Shown here one piece after another: positions 25,505 through 36,064 of a DNA stretch of 64,000 bases (positions are counted from its first letter, which is position 1; each line of letters begins with the position of its first letter). The position numbers and the translations under genes were made by a program. The notes under the pieces are model-generated. The model was not told the DNA's origin. It saw only the letters and a list, made by a program, of their open reading frames with translations, and ran no database searches. Source of the DNA: a virus. Location of the stretch: IMG/VR virus record IMGVR_UViG_3300021373_001378, positions 4,570 through 68,569 of that record. One strand, given 5' to 3'.

Positions 25505-28500
25505 ATGGCTAAAAAGTTTTTAACCGATATTAACATAGCCGGAGGAGTATATGATTCTAGTGGTGACATAGGAAACAGTGGACAAGTATTATCATCTACT
25601 GGTTCTGGTGTTAACTGGATAAACGCGACTTCTTCAGCAAGTATAATTTACCAAGACGGTTTCACAGGTGATGGTAGCACGACTGCTTTTACATTAGCCA
25701 ACAGTCTAGACAATGAAAATAAAACACAAGTATATATAGACGGTGTATACCAACATAAGGATAATTATTCTTTAAGTGGTACAACTCTTACCTTTAGCAC
25801 CGCTCCTCCAAATTCAAGTGATATAGAAGTAATGTCATTCAGTAGCGTTTCAGCTGCTGATGATATTTTATACGATGACGATTTCACATCCGCTGGTTTA
25901 ATGACAACCAACGGGTCGGGCGTGTATAGCATAACTACAAATAATTCATCAAACTGGAATACTGCTTACGGCTGGGGCGATCATTCTACTCAAGGATATA
26001 TAACAGATGGTAATACAAATTGGAATAACTCATATGGATTTATTACAGCATCATCAACTGATACGCTTACAAATAAATCAGGTAACGTTTCAATGTTTAC
26101 TAATGATAGTGGGTATATTACAGATGGTAATACAAACTGGAATAATAGCTATGGATTTATTACGTCTAGTTCTACAGAAACTTTAACTAACAAGTCGGGT
26201 AACATTTCTATGTTTACCAACGACTCTAATTACGCTACGCAAAGCTACGTTAATACACAGGTTTCAAACCTTGTAGATTCAGCACCTTCAACTTTAGATA
26301 CACTGAATGAACTTGCTGCTGCATTAGGTGACGACGCTAATTTTAGTACTACTGTAACTAACTCTATAGCTACAAAATTACCACTTGCTGGTGGGACAAT
26401 TACCGGCGATTTAGAAGTAAATAGTATTTTATATAATAGATCTACATTAAGAGTTTTAAACGCAGCTGGAACTGGTTGGCACGACTGGGCAACTAGAGGT
26501 GGTGGCAAATACGATTTAAATGTAAATAATATTACAGTAGCGGCAATAACCGCTTCAGGAAATGTAACAGCTTCATCTGGTACTGGTCATTTTTCTGTAG
26601 TTAATTCTTCAGCATATCAGTTAAACGGTACTTATGTAATGGATTCCAGTAGGAATTTAGTTAATATAGCTAATATAACCGCTTCAGGAAATGTAACTGT
26701 TACTGGTAATGTAGCATCTTTAGATACTTTTTATTTACAAAATGGTAGTGGTAAAAGATGGCAAATGCTATTTGATACTAATGATTTTAATTTAAGATAT
26801 TATAATGGTAGTAGTTGGAGTGCAGATGCTTTAGCGATAGACACTTCAAATAACGCAACGTTTGCAGGTAATTTAATGCTATTGAGTGGAACAAGTGGCA
26901 CAACCGATAAACTAATATTTAAAAGAACAGATAATGCTAGCGAAGCAAGCTTCATAAGAACTAATGCGTATTGGAATGAATATGGAGCACATACTAACGA
27001 AGGTCATAAATTTATAGACAGTTCCGGTAACATACTACTTCAATTAAACGGTGGTAATAGTACAACTGGTAATGGTTCGTTGTCAGCAACTTTTGCAGGC
27101 AATGTAACCACTGGCGCCCTACAAGCGCAATCCTGGTTATTTAGATCAATGTCCGGCCAAGTTGAATATCATGTGCTAAATAATGGTAATATAAATGGAC
27201 CTAGTTGGAAATTTAGATACGATGGTGCCACTGCTAATAGATGGGTTGATTTTGGGTATAAAGATGGGAATGGAACATATTATGAAGGTTTAAAATTATA
27301 TAATAATTCAACGATAACTTGGAAAGGAAACACAATGTGGCATGCTGGCAATGACGGCTCAGGTTCTGGATTAGATGCAGATTTATTGGATGGTGTTCAA
27401 GGTAGTGGGTATTATCGTTATTATGAAACAACTGCAATTTCTAGTTATGACTCTCTCACTGCAGGAGCATGGAGTACAAACAGCACATCCGCAACAAATA
27501 TTCCTTATGGTAATTATAATGCAACTTGGCATATTTCTGATACTGCGAGTGATAGACAATATCAAATATGGATGGGGGATACTTCTGCAGGTGGTTTAAG
27601 ATTTAGAGCAAAACAAGGCTCCTCTACTGGGTGGCATGGTTGGGAAAAAGTTTGGACAGATGTAAATGACGGCCCAGGATCAGGTTTAAATGCTGACTTG
27701 TTAGATGGTATAGGTGGTGATGGTTATTTAAGAAGCAACGCTGCGGATACACTTAGTGCTGCAATAACGTTAGATAATAATGGTTATTTTGTAGGTTCAC
27801 CAACCCATGGGTTTAGATTCAATAATAGTGGAGATACGATAAATGCTTTAATAGTAGATAATAGCGGTAATTCAATAGCTTATGCATCCCACAGAGCACC
27901 TATATTTTATGATTCAAATAATACAGCTTATTTTTATCACGGGGATAGTAGTGCTTCACTTGCTGGTCAAATGAATATTCACGGAGGAACATCAGGCAGC
28001 TATGGTAACCAATTAGTAGTAGGGCAATCAAGTATTAATTTACCATATACACTTCAAGATACCAATCAAAGACCTATAATAGCGGCTACTGGAGCATATC
28101 CAGTATTGCATTTAAACCACACTGTAACATCTAACTCTGCTCATGGACCAACAATACAATTTACGCATAATGGAAATGCCGGAAGACAATGGCTAATTGG
28201 TAGTAGTGGTGATGGGGAACATTTGTTTATTGGATTTTCAAATACTAGCCAAGGCAATTCAAGCTGGAATCCTCATAATGGTATATCTGGGTATTCAGGC
28301 ACAAGTCCAATGACATTTCACGAAAACGGAAGAGTTGGTATTGGAGGTGATTGGGGCGTATACGGATCAGGAGATCCAGGATATGCAATTGATACAAGAG
28401 GTACATTATATAATAATACAGATGTTAGAGCACCAATATTTTATGATTCAAACAATACAGGTTTTTACGCACATCTGGACAATTCTGGTGTAAACACTAG

Positions 28501-29617
28501 TATTAATGCAGCTGGCGTGATTAGAGGCAACTGGTTTGTAGCTAGTAACTATACTTCCACTGGTTATACAGTATATAAAGGTTATGATAACTGGAATCAC
28601 TTTATATCAATTAGAGGACATGCAAGACCTGGGCAATCAAAAGCACAAGCTGCAATATTAGGTGGACATCAAACATCATTTGTAGAGTATGCTGAAAATA
28701 ATTCAACAACAGGTTGGTTTTTTATAGGTTCAGCAGGTTCAACTTATGAAGAAATTGCAAAAATTACAAAAGATTTTGCCTTATTTACACAGGTTAGAGC
28801 ACCTATATTTTATGATTCTAATAATACAAATTATTATACAGACCCTGCTTCTACTAGTGTTTTAAACGCGTTGCAATTTAATTATACGCAGCATGGTTCT
28901 GCTAATAACATAAGAATGGGTAATAGTACCACTATGAATGCTATTTCGTCTGGTACTAACAATGCGGCTTTTGGTGTTGAGGCATTAGGAAACTGTACCA
29001 CTGGTAGTAGAAACTTTGCGTATGGTTATGCAGCTTTATATAGTGTAAGCAGTGGTAGTAATAATATTGCAATGGGTGATGCTGCTGGTTATAATGTTTC
29101 TAGTGGAGGCAATAACCTGCTATTTGGAATAAATTCAGGTAGAACAGGTTTTCAATCGCCTCAATCTATAGCTGGAGTAACTACAGGTAGTAATCAAATA
29201 CATATGGGTAACGAATCCCATACTACAGCAAGAATACAAATTAGTTGGACAGTAAATTCGGATCAAAGAGATAAAACAGATATAACACCAATTAATGTAG
29301 GTTTAGATTTTGTTAATAAATTAAATCCAGTAACATTTAGATGGGATAAAAGATCTGATTATGAAGATAGAACACCAACTGGTGAAAACAAACTAGAAGA
29401 ATTAACATTAGGATTTTTAGCACAGGAAGTTGAAGAAGTAGAAAAATCTTATGGTTATGATGTTTCAACTAAAACAAATTTAGTTGTAGATAGAGATGTA
29501 GAGCAAGATCATTTTGGAATAACATATGAAAAAATGATACCTATATTAACAAAGGCAATACAAGAATTAAAAGCAGAAGTGGAAACTTTAAAAAATCAAA
29601 TAAATGGCATTAACTAA
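25505..29617 (+). CDS. Tail fibre/spike with S74 chaperone
   Basis: GSGLDADLLDG, TLDTLNELAAALGDD, 3x RAPIFYD, SDQRDKTDI...GFLAQE. Confidence 0.88.
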   Translation: MAKKFLTDINIAGGVYDSSGDIGNSGQVLSSTGSGVNWINATSSASIIYQDGFTGDGSTTAFTLANSLDNENKTQVYIDGVYQHKDNYSLSGTTLTFSTAPPNSSDIEVMSFSSVSAADDILYDDDFTSAGLMTTNGSGVYSITTNNSSNWNTAYGWGDHSTQGYITDGNTNWNNSYGFITASSTDTLTNKSGNVSMFTNDSGYITDGNTNWNNSYGFITSSSTETLTNKSGNISMFTNDSNYATQSYVNTQVSNLVDSAPSTLDTLNELAAALGDDANFSTTVTNSIATKLPLAGGTITGDLEVNSILYNRSTLRVLNAAGTGWHDWATRGGGKYDLNVNNITVAAITASGNVTASSGTGHFSVVNSSAYQLNGTYVMDSSRNLVNIANITASGNVTVTGNVASLDTFYLQNGSGKRWQMLFDTNDFNLRYYNGSSWSADALAIDTSNNATFAGNLMLLSGTSGTTDKLIFKRTDNASEASFIRTNAYWNEYGAHTNEGHKFIDSSGNILLQLNGGNSTTGNGSLSATFAGNVTTGALQAQSWLFRSMSGQVEYHVLNNGNINGPSWKFRYDGATANRWVDFGYKDGNGTYYEGLKLYNNSTITWKGNTMWHAGNDGSGSGLDADLLDGVQGSGYYRYYETTAISSYDSLTAGAWSTNSTSATNIPYGNYNATWHISDTASDRQYQIWMGDTSAGGLRFRAKQGSSTGWHGWEKVWTDVNDGPGSGLNADLLDGIGGDGYLRSNAADTLSAAITLDNNGYFVGSPTHGFRFNNSGDTINALIVDNSGNSIAYASHRAPIFYDSNNTAYFYHGDSSASLAGQMNIHGGTSGSYGNQLVVGQSSINLPYTLQDTNQRPIIAATGAYPVLHLNHTVTSNSAHGPTIQFTHNGNAGRQWLIGSSGDGEHLFIGFSNTSQGNSSWNPHNGISGYSGTSPMTFHENGRVGIGGDWGVYGSGDPGYAIDTRGTLYNNTDVRAPIFYDSNNTGFYAHLDNSGVNTSINAAGVIRGNWFVASNYTSTGYTVYKGYDNWNHFISIRGHARPGQSKAQAAILGGHQTSFVEYAENNSTTGWFFIGSAGSTYEEIAKITKDFALFTQVRAPIFYDSNNTNYYTDPASTSVLNALQFNYTQHGSANNIRMGNSTTMNAISSGTNNAAFGVEALGNCTTGSRNFAYGYAALYSVSSGSNNIAMGDAAGYNVSSGGNNLLFGINSGRTGFQSPQSIAGVTTGSNQIHMGNESHTTARIQISWTVNSDQRDKTDITPINVGLDFVNKLNPVTFRWDKRSDYEDRTPTGENKLEELTLGFLAQEVEEVEKSYGYDVSTKTNLVVDRDVEQDHFGITYEKMIPILTKAIQELKAEVETLKNQINGIN

Positions 29618-32600
29618 AGTAACAGGTGATTTTATAAAAGCGGGTTCAATAACCCAGGGACATTTACATTCAAGTCACGGTATAACAACATCTCATGTTG
29701 GTGAAGGTAGTAATCTGTATTTTACTAATGCTAGAGTTGATTCAAGAATAGGTGATTTAAGTACATCGAATTTATCTGAAGGTACTAATTTATATTATAC
29801 AGACGCAAGAGCTGACGCTAGAATTGCATTACAAGTTGGTAGCAATTTAGATTTAAGTAACAAATCAACTTCAGACCTATCTGAAGGAACAAATTTATAT
29901 TATACACAAGCAAGATTTAATACTGCTTTTACAGCTAAATCAACGAGTGATTTAAGTGAAGGTACAAATCTTTATTATACTGATGCAAGAGCTAGAGGTG
30001 CAATTAGTGTATCTGGTAATGCTTTAAGTTATAATTCAAGTACAGGTGTTATAACATCTAATTTTGAGGAGTCACCAACATTTTCAGGTAATGTTGTAAT
30101 TAATGGCAGCGGGTCTAGTGGTAATGCTTTTTATGTATCCAGAGGTTCTGATAGTTCTGCAGCATTTAGAGTAACAAATTCAGGTGAAGTTGTAACAAAT
30201 GCAAATTATTTTTATGCAGCTGCTTCTGGGGTATCAATGTATGTACAAAATACAGCCGTATTTAGAGGTGCTATTATGAACGATCAGAGTAACGCTGCTG
30301 TAAGAATTGGTGATGCTTTAACAATTGATGATAACTTAACGGTTACAGGTGGTGATATTACTTTGGGTGGCACTGGTAGAATACAAGGTATTGATACAGT
30401 TTCAGCAAATACAGACGCAGCTAATAAATTATATGTAGATAATCAAGTTGCAGGTATAGTTGACAGTGCACCAAGCACATTAGATACATTAAATGAATTA
30501 GCAGCGGCTTTAGGTGATGATGCAAACTTTAGCACAACAGTTACAAATAGCATTGCAACTAAATTACCGCTTGCTGGTGGTAATATGACAGGAGCTATCA
30601 ATTTTGATCAAACAAATTCATCCGGAGGGGGCGACTTTGATTTTATTATAATGGGTTATAATGGAAGCTGGTCAAATAATCAAAATGGTCTTGCTTCAAT
30701 TGCTGTAAATGATGGGACTGGTATTGTTGGAAGATACGGTATAACATATGGTAGTGGTGGTGGACGCTTTGTAGTAACAGATTTATATGACGGAGGCTAT
30801 GGAGCAAGCGGAGATATTCTTACAATTGCAGGTAATGGAGCAACAAACTTAAATGGTTCTTTTGCTGCTACAGGGAATGTAACTGGTGCAAATTTAAATA
30901 TTTCAAACTGGGATACAGCGTACGGATGGGGTAACCATGCAAGCGCAGGTTATTTAACTTCATTTGATATAACGACTCAAACAGATTCTAAATATTTAAG
31001 AAGCAACGCAGAAGATACTACTACTGGGTCTTTAATAGTAGATAATGATTGGAGTAGTGGCACATATTCAGACTCATTAACAATATACGGAACATATCCA
31101 TCTTTTAGTCTTAGAAGCACTAATTCAAATTCAAATACTGGTAGTACATTTTTATTCCATACGGATTCTGCAGGAGATATTCAATATTATTTTTCAACAA
31201 CTGGTATAAATGAAAATTGGACAAAAAGATTTTCATTTTATACTAACGGTAGATTTGATGCTTTAACACAAATAAGAACACCTATACTTTATGATTCAGC
31301 GGATACCGGTTATTATATAGACCCAGCTAGCACAAGTAATGTAAATCAGTTTAATGTATATAGTACAGCAAGATTAATAAATGGTGGTAGTGGCATGGCT
31401 AGTCATGCCGCATTGAATATTGGATTTACTAGCTCCGGAGAAACCAGAGCAATAGACATGGATGGTAGTTGGAGCTCTGGCGAAAGTAAATCTATTACAG
31501 CAACTCATGGCACCGCATCAACAAACATTGTTGGTCAATTAAATTTTCAACACAACAACCCAGGATCAAAAATAAGGTGGGGTAAATTATATCACGGCGG
31601 TGATAGCTCCACTTATCACATGGAGTTAATATCTGAGTCTACTTCTACAGCGTATTTAACTGTAAATGGTAGTATGCGAGCACCAATATTTTATGATAAA
31701 GATAATACTGCGTTTTATGTTGATCCTAGTAATGGTGCTAATGGGATTTCTGCAAATTTACAAGGTAGAATACAAGTTGGTACATTTAGTCACTCACAAA
31801 CAAATACAGGGGAAGCATGGATTGGTAGGGCATCAGACAGAGCTGCGGGTGTACTAACAGTTCAATTAGGCACAGGCACGGGTAGGAAATTTGAAGTTGT
31901 AGATTATGGTTGGAATACTGTAGAATTTTCAGCTGACGATTCGGGTGTTGCAACAGCTAATTCAAGCTTTAGAGCACCAATATTCTACGATTCAAATGAT
32001 ACAAATCATTATTTAGATCCGGCGTCAACAAGTGTTGTTAATACACTTCAATTTAGTGGTTCTAGCAATAATGGTAGATTTGATGCAGACGAATGGGGCG
32101 TTAGATTTAAAACAGATGCTGGATACATATTATTTGGCCCTGCTAATACCAGCCACGCTCATATATATACTGATAGAGATAACTTCTATTTTAATAAACA
32201 AATAATACTAAACGGCGGTAGTACAATAAACACCGCTGATATAAGAGCAGGTATATTTTATGATATAAATAATACCGCTTATTATACAAACCCCAATAGC
32301 CAAAGCAGCTTATGGGGCGTTGCAATTAGAGGTGATAATGGTACAACATCAACAGACAACCAAATATTTTTCTACGGGGCCGGAAATACAACAACTTCGG
32401 CAATAGGCTTTAAAGCTAATGGGGGAAATTTTGCAAATCCAACAGGAAATGGAGATGGCTGGAATACTTATTTAACTATGGATACCAGCGGTAGAGGGTG
32501 GGTGTTTAGACGAGGCACTGGCGGTAATAACTTTACCTCTGCATATACTTCAGGATGGATATTAAATAATGGTGTATGGCAAGCAAACGCAAGTATGCGA

Positions 32601-34319
32601 TCACCAATATTTTATGATTCAAATGATACAACGTATTATACAAACCCCGCTAGCACAAGCAATATGTTTCAGGGGTATTATAAAGGAAAAACAGATGGGT
32701 GGAGCTTACAGCTTGGGGATAGTGATATTACTAGGGTTTATGATGATGATGCTAGGGCATCTTTAGTAATAAATGCCGCTTACTACCCTCATTTATATAT
32801 AAATGCAAATTCAAATAATTCCAACTCAAATCATGGTTCTGTGTTTTCAATGACTGGTAATATATCTGGTGGTTTTAGAAGATGGTCAATGGGTTGGCCT
32901 AATTACAATCCCACTGTGTTTAGTATGGGATCTTATGACAACCAAGATAACCCTCATTATGGCTGTGGTGGAGGTTTGGGCGTTACAACTTGGGGATCAA
33001 GATATTGGTTTGATACATCTGGTAATGGTCAGGCGCACACCTCTTGGAGAGCACCAATATTTTACGATTCAAATAATACAAGTTATTATGTTAACCCTGA
33101 TTCAACTACATCACTTAGAACAGTAGGCTCTTGGAGATCAAATAGCTCTACTTGGGATGGTGAATTTGCTGGTAAAATGCAATACCATTCTAATTGGTGG
33201 TATATACAAACAACTAATGGGGTATTTATTAGGAATGCATCAGGTGCTAATAATATAACATTAAGTGCCGCGGGCACAGGTACTGCCAATAATGATTGGA
33301 GAGCACCTATATTTTACGATTTAAATAATACAGGTTATTATACAGACCCAGCTAGCACAAGTAATGTTAACGCTATGACTTTTGCGGGTGTTGCAGATTT
33401 TAATGGAGGTCATGGTGGTGTTAATATAACGAACACATCTATATTATCTTCCGCTTCTTCAACTTGGACAGGTAATCCAGGTGGTGCGGGTAAAATACAA
33501 TATCACTCAAATAGATGGTATATAGTTTCGGATTCTTCATCAAATAGAATTGTACAGTTTAGAAGAGATGGTTCGGATAAATGTTATATAGATAATGATG
33601 GTAGATTAATGGATGTTTATGACGTAAGAGCATATGAATATTACGATAGAAATGACACAAGTTATTATTTAAATCCTAATTCAACAAGTAATTTAAATGC
33701 AGCAACGTTTGCGGGTAATGTAATTGGTCAAAATGCTTATTTTGGTCAAGATGTAGGTATTGGATTTACATCTGGTAATATTGGAGGTAATCTTAACATA
33801 AAAAATAGTGCCGCTGGACAAATTGCGGCAAAAATAGAATTAGGAAGCAGTTCAAATGGTAGCACAATTGGAGCGTTTATACATACTGGAGCCTCTTATG
33901 CAAGTTCTGGAATGTTTTTAAATTTCCAATCAAACCATATATCTGGAGATGACAACGTGTTAATTTGTTACTTAGACGGTGATTTAGTAAACAAAAACAA
34001 TAGTTATACTCAATATTCGGATGAAAGATTAAAAGAAAATATAGTTGATGCAACTCCTAAATTAAATGAAATAAAACAAATTAAAGTAAGAAATTTTAAT
34101 TTTAAAGGGGAGGATTTAAAACAAATAGGTGTTGTAGCACAAGAATTAGAACCTATATTCCCAGCTTTGGTTAAAGAAAGAGAAGTTCCAGGCCATGATG
34201 ATCCTGTAAAAACAGTTAAGTATTCTGTTATGGTTCCTATATTAATTAAAGCTATGCAAGAACAACAAACTATTATTGACGATCTTAAGTCAAGACTTGA
34301 AACTTTAGAAAATCAGTAA
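29604..34319 (+). CDS. Tail fibre/spike with S74 chaperone
   Basis: LSEGTNLYYT repeats, 8x RxPIFYD-like repeats, SDERLKENI...GVVAQE. Confidence 0.88.
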   Translation: MALTKVTGDFIKAGSITQGHLHSSHGITTSHVGEGSNLYFTNARVDSRIGDLSTSNLSEGTNLYYTDARADARIALQVGSNLDLSNKSTSDLSEGTNLYYTQARFNTAFTAKSTSDLSEGTNLYYTDARARGAISVSGNALSYNSSTGVITSNFEESPTFSGNVVINGSGSSGNAFYVSRGSDSSAAFRVTNSGEVVTNANYFYAAASGVSMYVQNTAVFRGAIMNDQSNAAVRIGDALTIDDNLTVTGGDITLGGTGRIQGIDTVSANTDAANKLYVDNQVAGIVDSAPSTLDTLNELAAALGDDANFSTTVTNSIATKLPLAGGNMTGAINFDQTNSSGGGDFDFIIMGYNGSWSNNQNGLASIAVNDGTGIVGRYGITYGSGGGRFVVTDLYDGGYGASGDILTIAGNGATNLNGSFAATGNVTGANLNISNWDTAYGWGNHASAGYLTSFDITTQTDSKYLRSNAEDTTTGSLIVDNDWSSGTYSDSLTIYGTYPSFSLRSTNSNSNTGSTFLFHTDSAGDIQYYFSTTGINENWTKRFSFYTNGRFDALTQIRTPILYDSADTGYYIDPASTSNVNQFNVYSTARLINGGSGMASHAALNIGFTSSGETRAIDMDGSWSSGESKSITATHGTASTNIVGQLNFQHNNPGSKIRWGKLYHGGDSSTYHMELISESTSTAYLTVNGSMRAPIFYDKDNTAFYVDPSNGANGISANLQGRIQVGTFSHSQTNTGEAWIGRASDRAAGVLTVQLGTGTGRKFEVVDYGWNTVEFSADDSGVATANSSFRAPIFYDSNDTNHYLDPASTSVVNTLQFSGSSNNGRFDADEWGVRFKTDAGYILFGPANTSHAHIYTDRDNFYFNKQIILNGGSTINTADIRAGIFYDINNTAYYTNPNSQSSLWGVAIRGDNGTTSTDNQIFFYGAGNTTTSAIGFKANGGNFANPTGNGDGWNTYLTMDTSGRGWVFRRGTGGNNFTSAYTSGWILNNGVWQANASMRSPIFYDSNDTTYYTNPASTSNMFQGYYKGKTDGWSLQLGDSDITRVYDDDARASLVINAAYYPHLYINANSNNSNSNHGSVFSMTGNISGGFRRWSMGWPNYNPTVFSMGSYDNQDNPHYGCGGGLGVTTWGSRYWFDTSGNGQAHTSWRAPIFYDSNNTSYYVNPDSTTSLRTVGSWRSNSSTWDGEFAGKMQYHSNWWYIQTTNGVFIRNASGANNITLSAAGTGTANNDWRAPIFYDLNNTGYYTDPASTSNVNAMTFAGVADFNGGHGGVNITNTSILSSASSTWTGNPGGAGKIQYHSNRWYIVSDSSSNRIVQFRRDGSDKCYIDNDGRLMDVYDVRAYEYYDRNDTSYYLNPNSTSNLNAATFAGNVIGQNAYFGQDVGIGFTSGNIGGNLNIKNSAAGQIAAKIELGSSSNGSTIGAFIHTGASYASSGMFLNFQSNHISGDDNVLICYLDGDLVNKNNSYTQYSDERLKENIVDATPKLNEIKQIKVRNFNFKGEDLKQIGVVAQELEPIFPALVKEREVPGHDDPVKTVKYSVMVPILIKAMQEQQTIIDDLKSRLETLENQ

Positions 34320-34332
34320 AACAAGTGATAAT
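34306..34332 (+). promoter_or_regulatory. Class II promoter TAG-N14-AAGTGATAAT
   Basis: Upstream of the packaging operon. Confidence 0.55.
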
Positions 34333-34364
34333 AAAATATAAGTCAAACAATTAAAAAATAAATT

Positions 34365-34718
34365 ATGAATTTATCTTATGAATGGAAGATCACGGCTATG
34401 AAAAAAGCACCATCACTTGACGGATTGTCAGATGTGATCACACACGTTAACTTTGAATATAAAGGTACAGATGCTGATTCTGGAGAAGAAGCTGCTTTCA
34501 GCGGCGCTTGTCCAATTGGTGCACCTGATTCAGAAAACTTTACAGCGCTTGCGGATTTAACAGAAGCAGATGTAATTGCATGGGCACAAGCTAATCACCC
34601 AGTTGATCACATGAATGAAGTGATTGAAAAAGCAATTAGCGATAAAATAACACCAAAAAACGAACAGGCAGAAATGCCATGGGCTCCAGTTGAAGAAACA
34701 ACTGAAGATCCAGCTTAA
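34365..34718 (+). CDS. Fibre-associated hypothetical protein
   Basis: YEWKIT...FTALADLTEADVIAW...PW pattern common after fibres. Confidence 0.7.
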   Translation: MNLSYEWKITAMKKAPSLDGLSDVITHVNFEYKGTDADSGEEAAFSGACPIGAPDSENFTALADLTEADVIAWAQANHPVDHMNEVIEKAISDKITPKNEQAEMPWAPVEETTEDPA

Positions 34719-34754
34719 TTTAATTTAATTTAATAACATTTTAATTTTAAAACC

Positions 34755-35027
34755 ATGAATGAAAACAAAATTACCCAAGAACAATTAGAAGAACTGCAAG
34801 GTTATGTAGGAAAACTAAATAACGCTGCAGCACAAATTGGAAACCTTGAATTACAAAAGCATCAAATTAATCATGCTGCTGCTGAAGTTCAAAATGATTT
34901 AAACAAATTCCAAGCTAAACTTGAAGAAAAGTACGGTAAAGTTCAAATCAATATCCAAGATGGAACCTATAAACCAATCGAAGAAGAAGAAGAAGTTGTA
35001 GGACCAGAAGTATTAAAGAAAGCGTAG
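34755..35027 (+). CDS. Coiled-coil hypothetical protein
   Basis: LEEKYGKVQINIQDG. Confidence 0.7.
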   Translation: MNENKITQEQLEELQGYVGKLNNAAAQIGNLELQKHQINHAAAEVQNDLNKFQAKLEEKYGKVQINIQDGTYKPIEEEEEVVGPEVLKKA

Positions 35028-35245
35028 TGAACCTAGTTCGTAAAATAAGCATCGGTAGAGATTACAAAAACGATGCAATGCACTACTCTGTTGGACAAGA
35101 GGTATACGGTGGACATATCATTTGTGATATAATAGAAGAAGACCACAAGTTTTCTGTTTATATAAAAAAGAAAGATGAAGTCCTACCGTGGAAAGATTTC
35201 AATAAAAATATGGCTATAGCTGTTGAATATAACCTAGAGTACTAA
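35027..35245 (+). CDS. Conserved hypothetical protein
   Basis: RKISIGRDYKNDAMHYSVGQEVYGGH; GTG start. Confidence 0.75.
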   Translation: MNLVRKISIGRDYKNDAMHYSVGQEVYGGHIICDIIEEDHKFSVYIKKKDEVLPWKDFNKNMAIAVEYNLEY

Positions 35246-35835
35246 TGCAGAGTATATTTAACTTCATTGTCAAGCCTATAGCAGGTCGGTATGACAACAA
35301 GAAGAAAATAGATGATAAGGAGCTCATTTTAAACACTGAGCTCCAAAATCATCAATATGTCAGTAGAAACGCTATAGTTGTACAGACACCTAGATCTTTA
35401 AAAACAGATATAAAAAAAGGTGATGAAGTTATAATTCATCATAATATTTTTAGAAGATTTCACGATATAAAAGGTGAAGAAAAAAATTCTAAAAGTTATT
35501 ATAAAGAAGATATGTATTTTGCTTGGCCTGACCAAGTGTATATGTATAAACAGAATAACAAATGGATAGCTAATGACGGTTATTGTTTTGTTAAACCTAT
35601 ATGTTCTAAAAACAAATTAAGTTTAGATAAAGAACAACCATTAATGGGTGTTGTTAAATTTTTAGATAATAAAACAAATTATATAAAAGAAAACGATCTA
35701 ATTGGTTTTGTTCCAACTAGTGAGTTTGAGTTTATCATTGATAATCAAAGAATGTATAGAGTAAGAATTCAATCAATTACAATTAAATATGAACGTCAAG
35801 GAAACGAAAAAGAGTATAATCCAAGCTGGGCATGA
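35245..35835 (+). CDS. Tandem GroES-fold-like protein
   Basis: Two units: FIVKP..LILNT..AIVV..IKKGDEVII and FVKPI..MGVVK..IKENDLIGF..IDNQRMYRV. Confidence 0.55.
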   Translation: MQSIFNFIVKPIAGRYDNKKKIDDKELILNTELQNHQYVSRNAIVVQTPRSLKTDIKKGDEVIIHHNIFRRFHDIKGEEKNSKSYYKEDMYFAWPDQVYMYKQNNKWIANDGYCFVKPICSKNKLSLDKEQPLMGVVKFLDNKTNYIKENDLIGFVPTSEFEFIIDNQRMYRVRIQSITIKYERQGNEKEYNPSWA

Positions 35836-36064
35836 AGCAGTCAAAGAACTTATTAAAGTCGCGAAAGAACCTATTGTTGAAACTGATGATGACATTTCAG
35901 CCGATAGACTCAAGAACGCTGCAGCCACTAAAAAGCTCGCAATATTCGATGCATTTGAGATCTTGACTAGAATACAAGAAGAAGACGATATTCTTAATAA
36001 TAAACCAAAAGAAGAAGTGGAGTCTGAAGTATTTAGTGGTTTTGCAGAACGAAGATCTAAATAA
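35789..36064 (+). CDS. Putative terminase small subunit
   Basis: Helical 91-aa protein immediately upstream of terL. Confidence 0.55.
   Translation: MNVKETKKSIIQAGHEAVKELIKVAKEPIVETDDDISADRLKNAAATKKLAIFDAFEILTRIQEEDDILNNKPKEEVESEVFSGFAERRSK

Noticed and set aside
25505-34319. Diversity-generating retroelement or invertase shufflon acting on fibres
   Set aside because: No reverse transcriptase or site-specific recombinase in the window, no adenine-specific TR/VR pair, all repeats are direct
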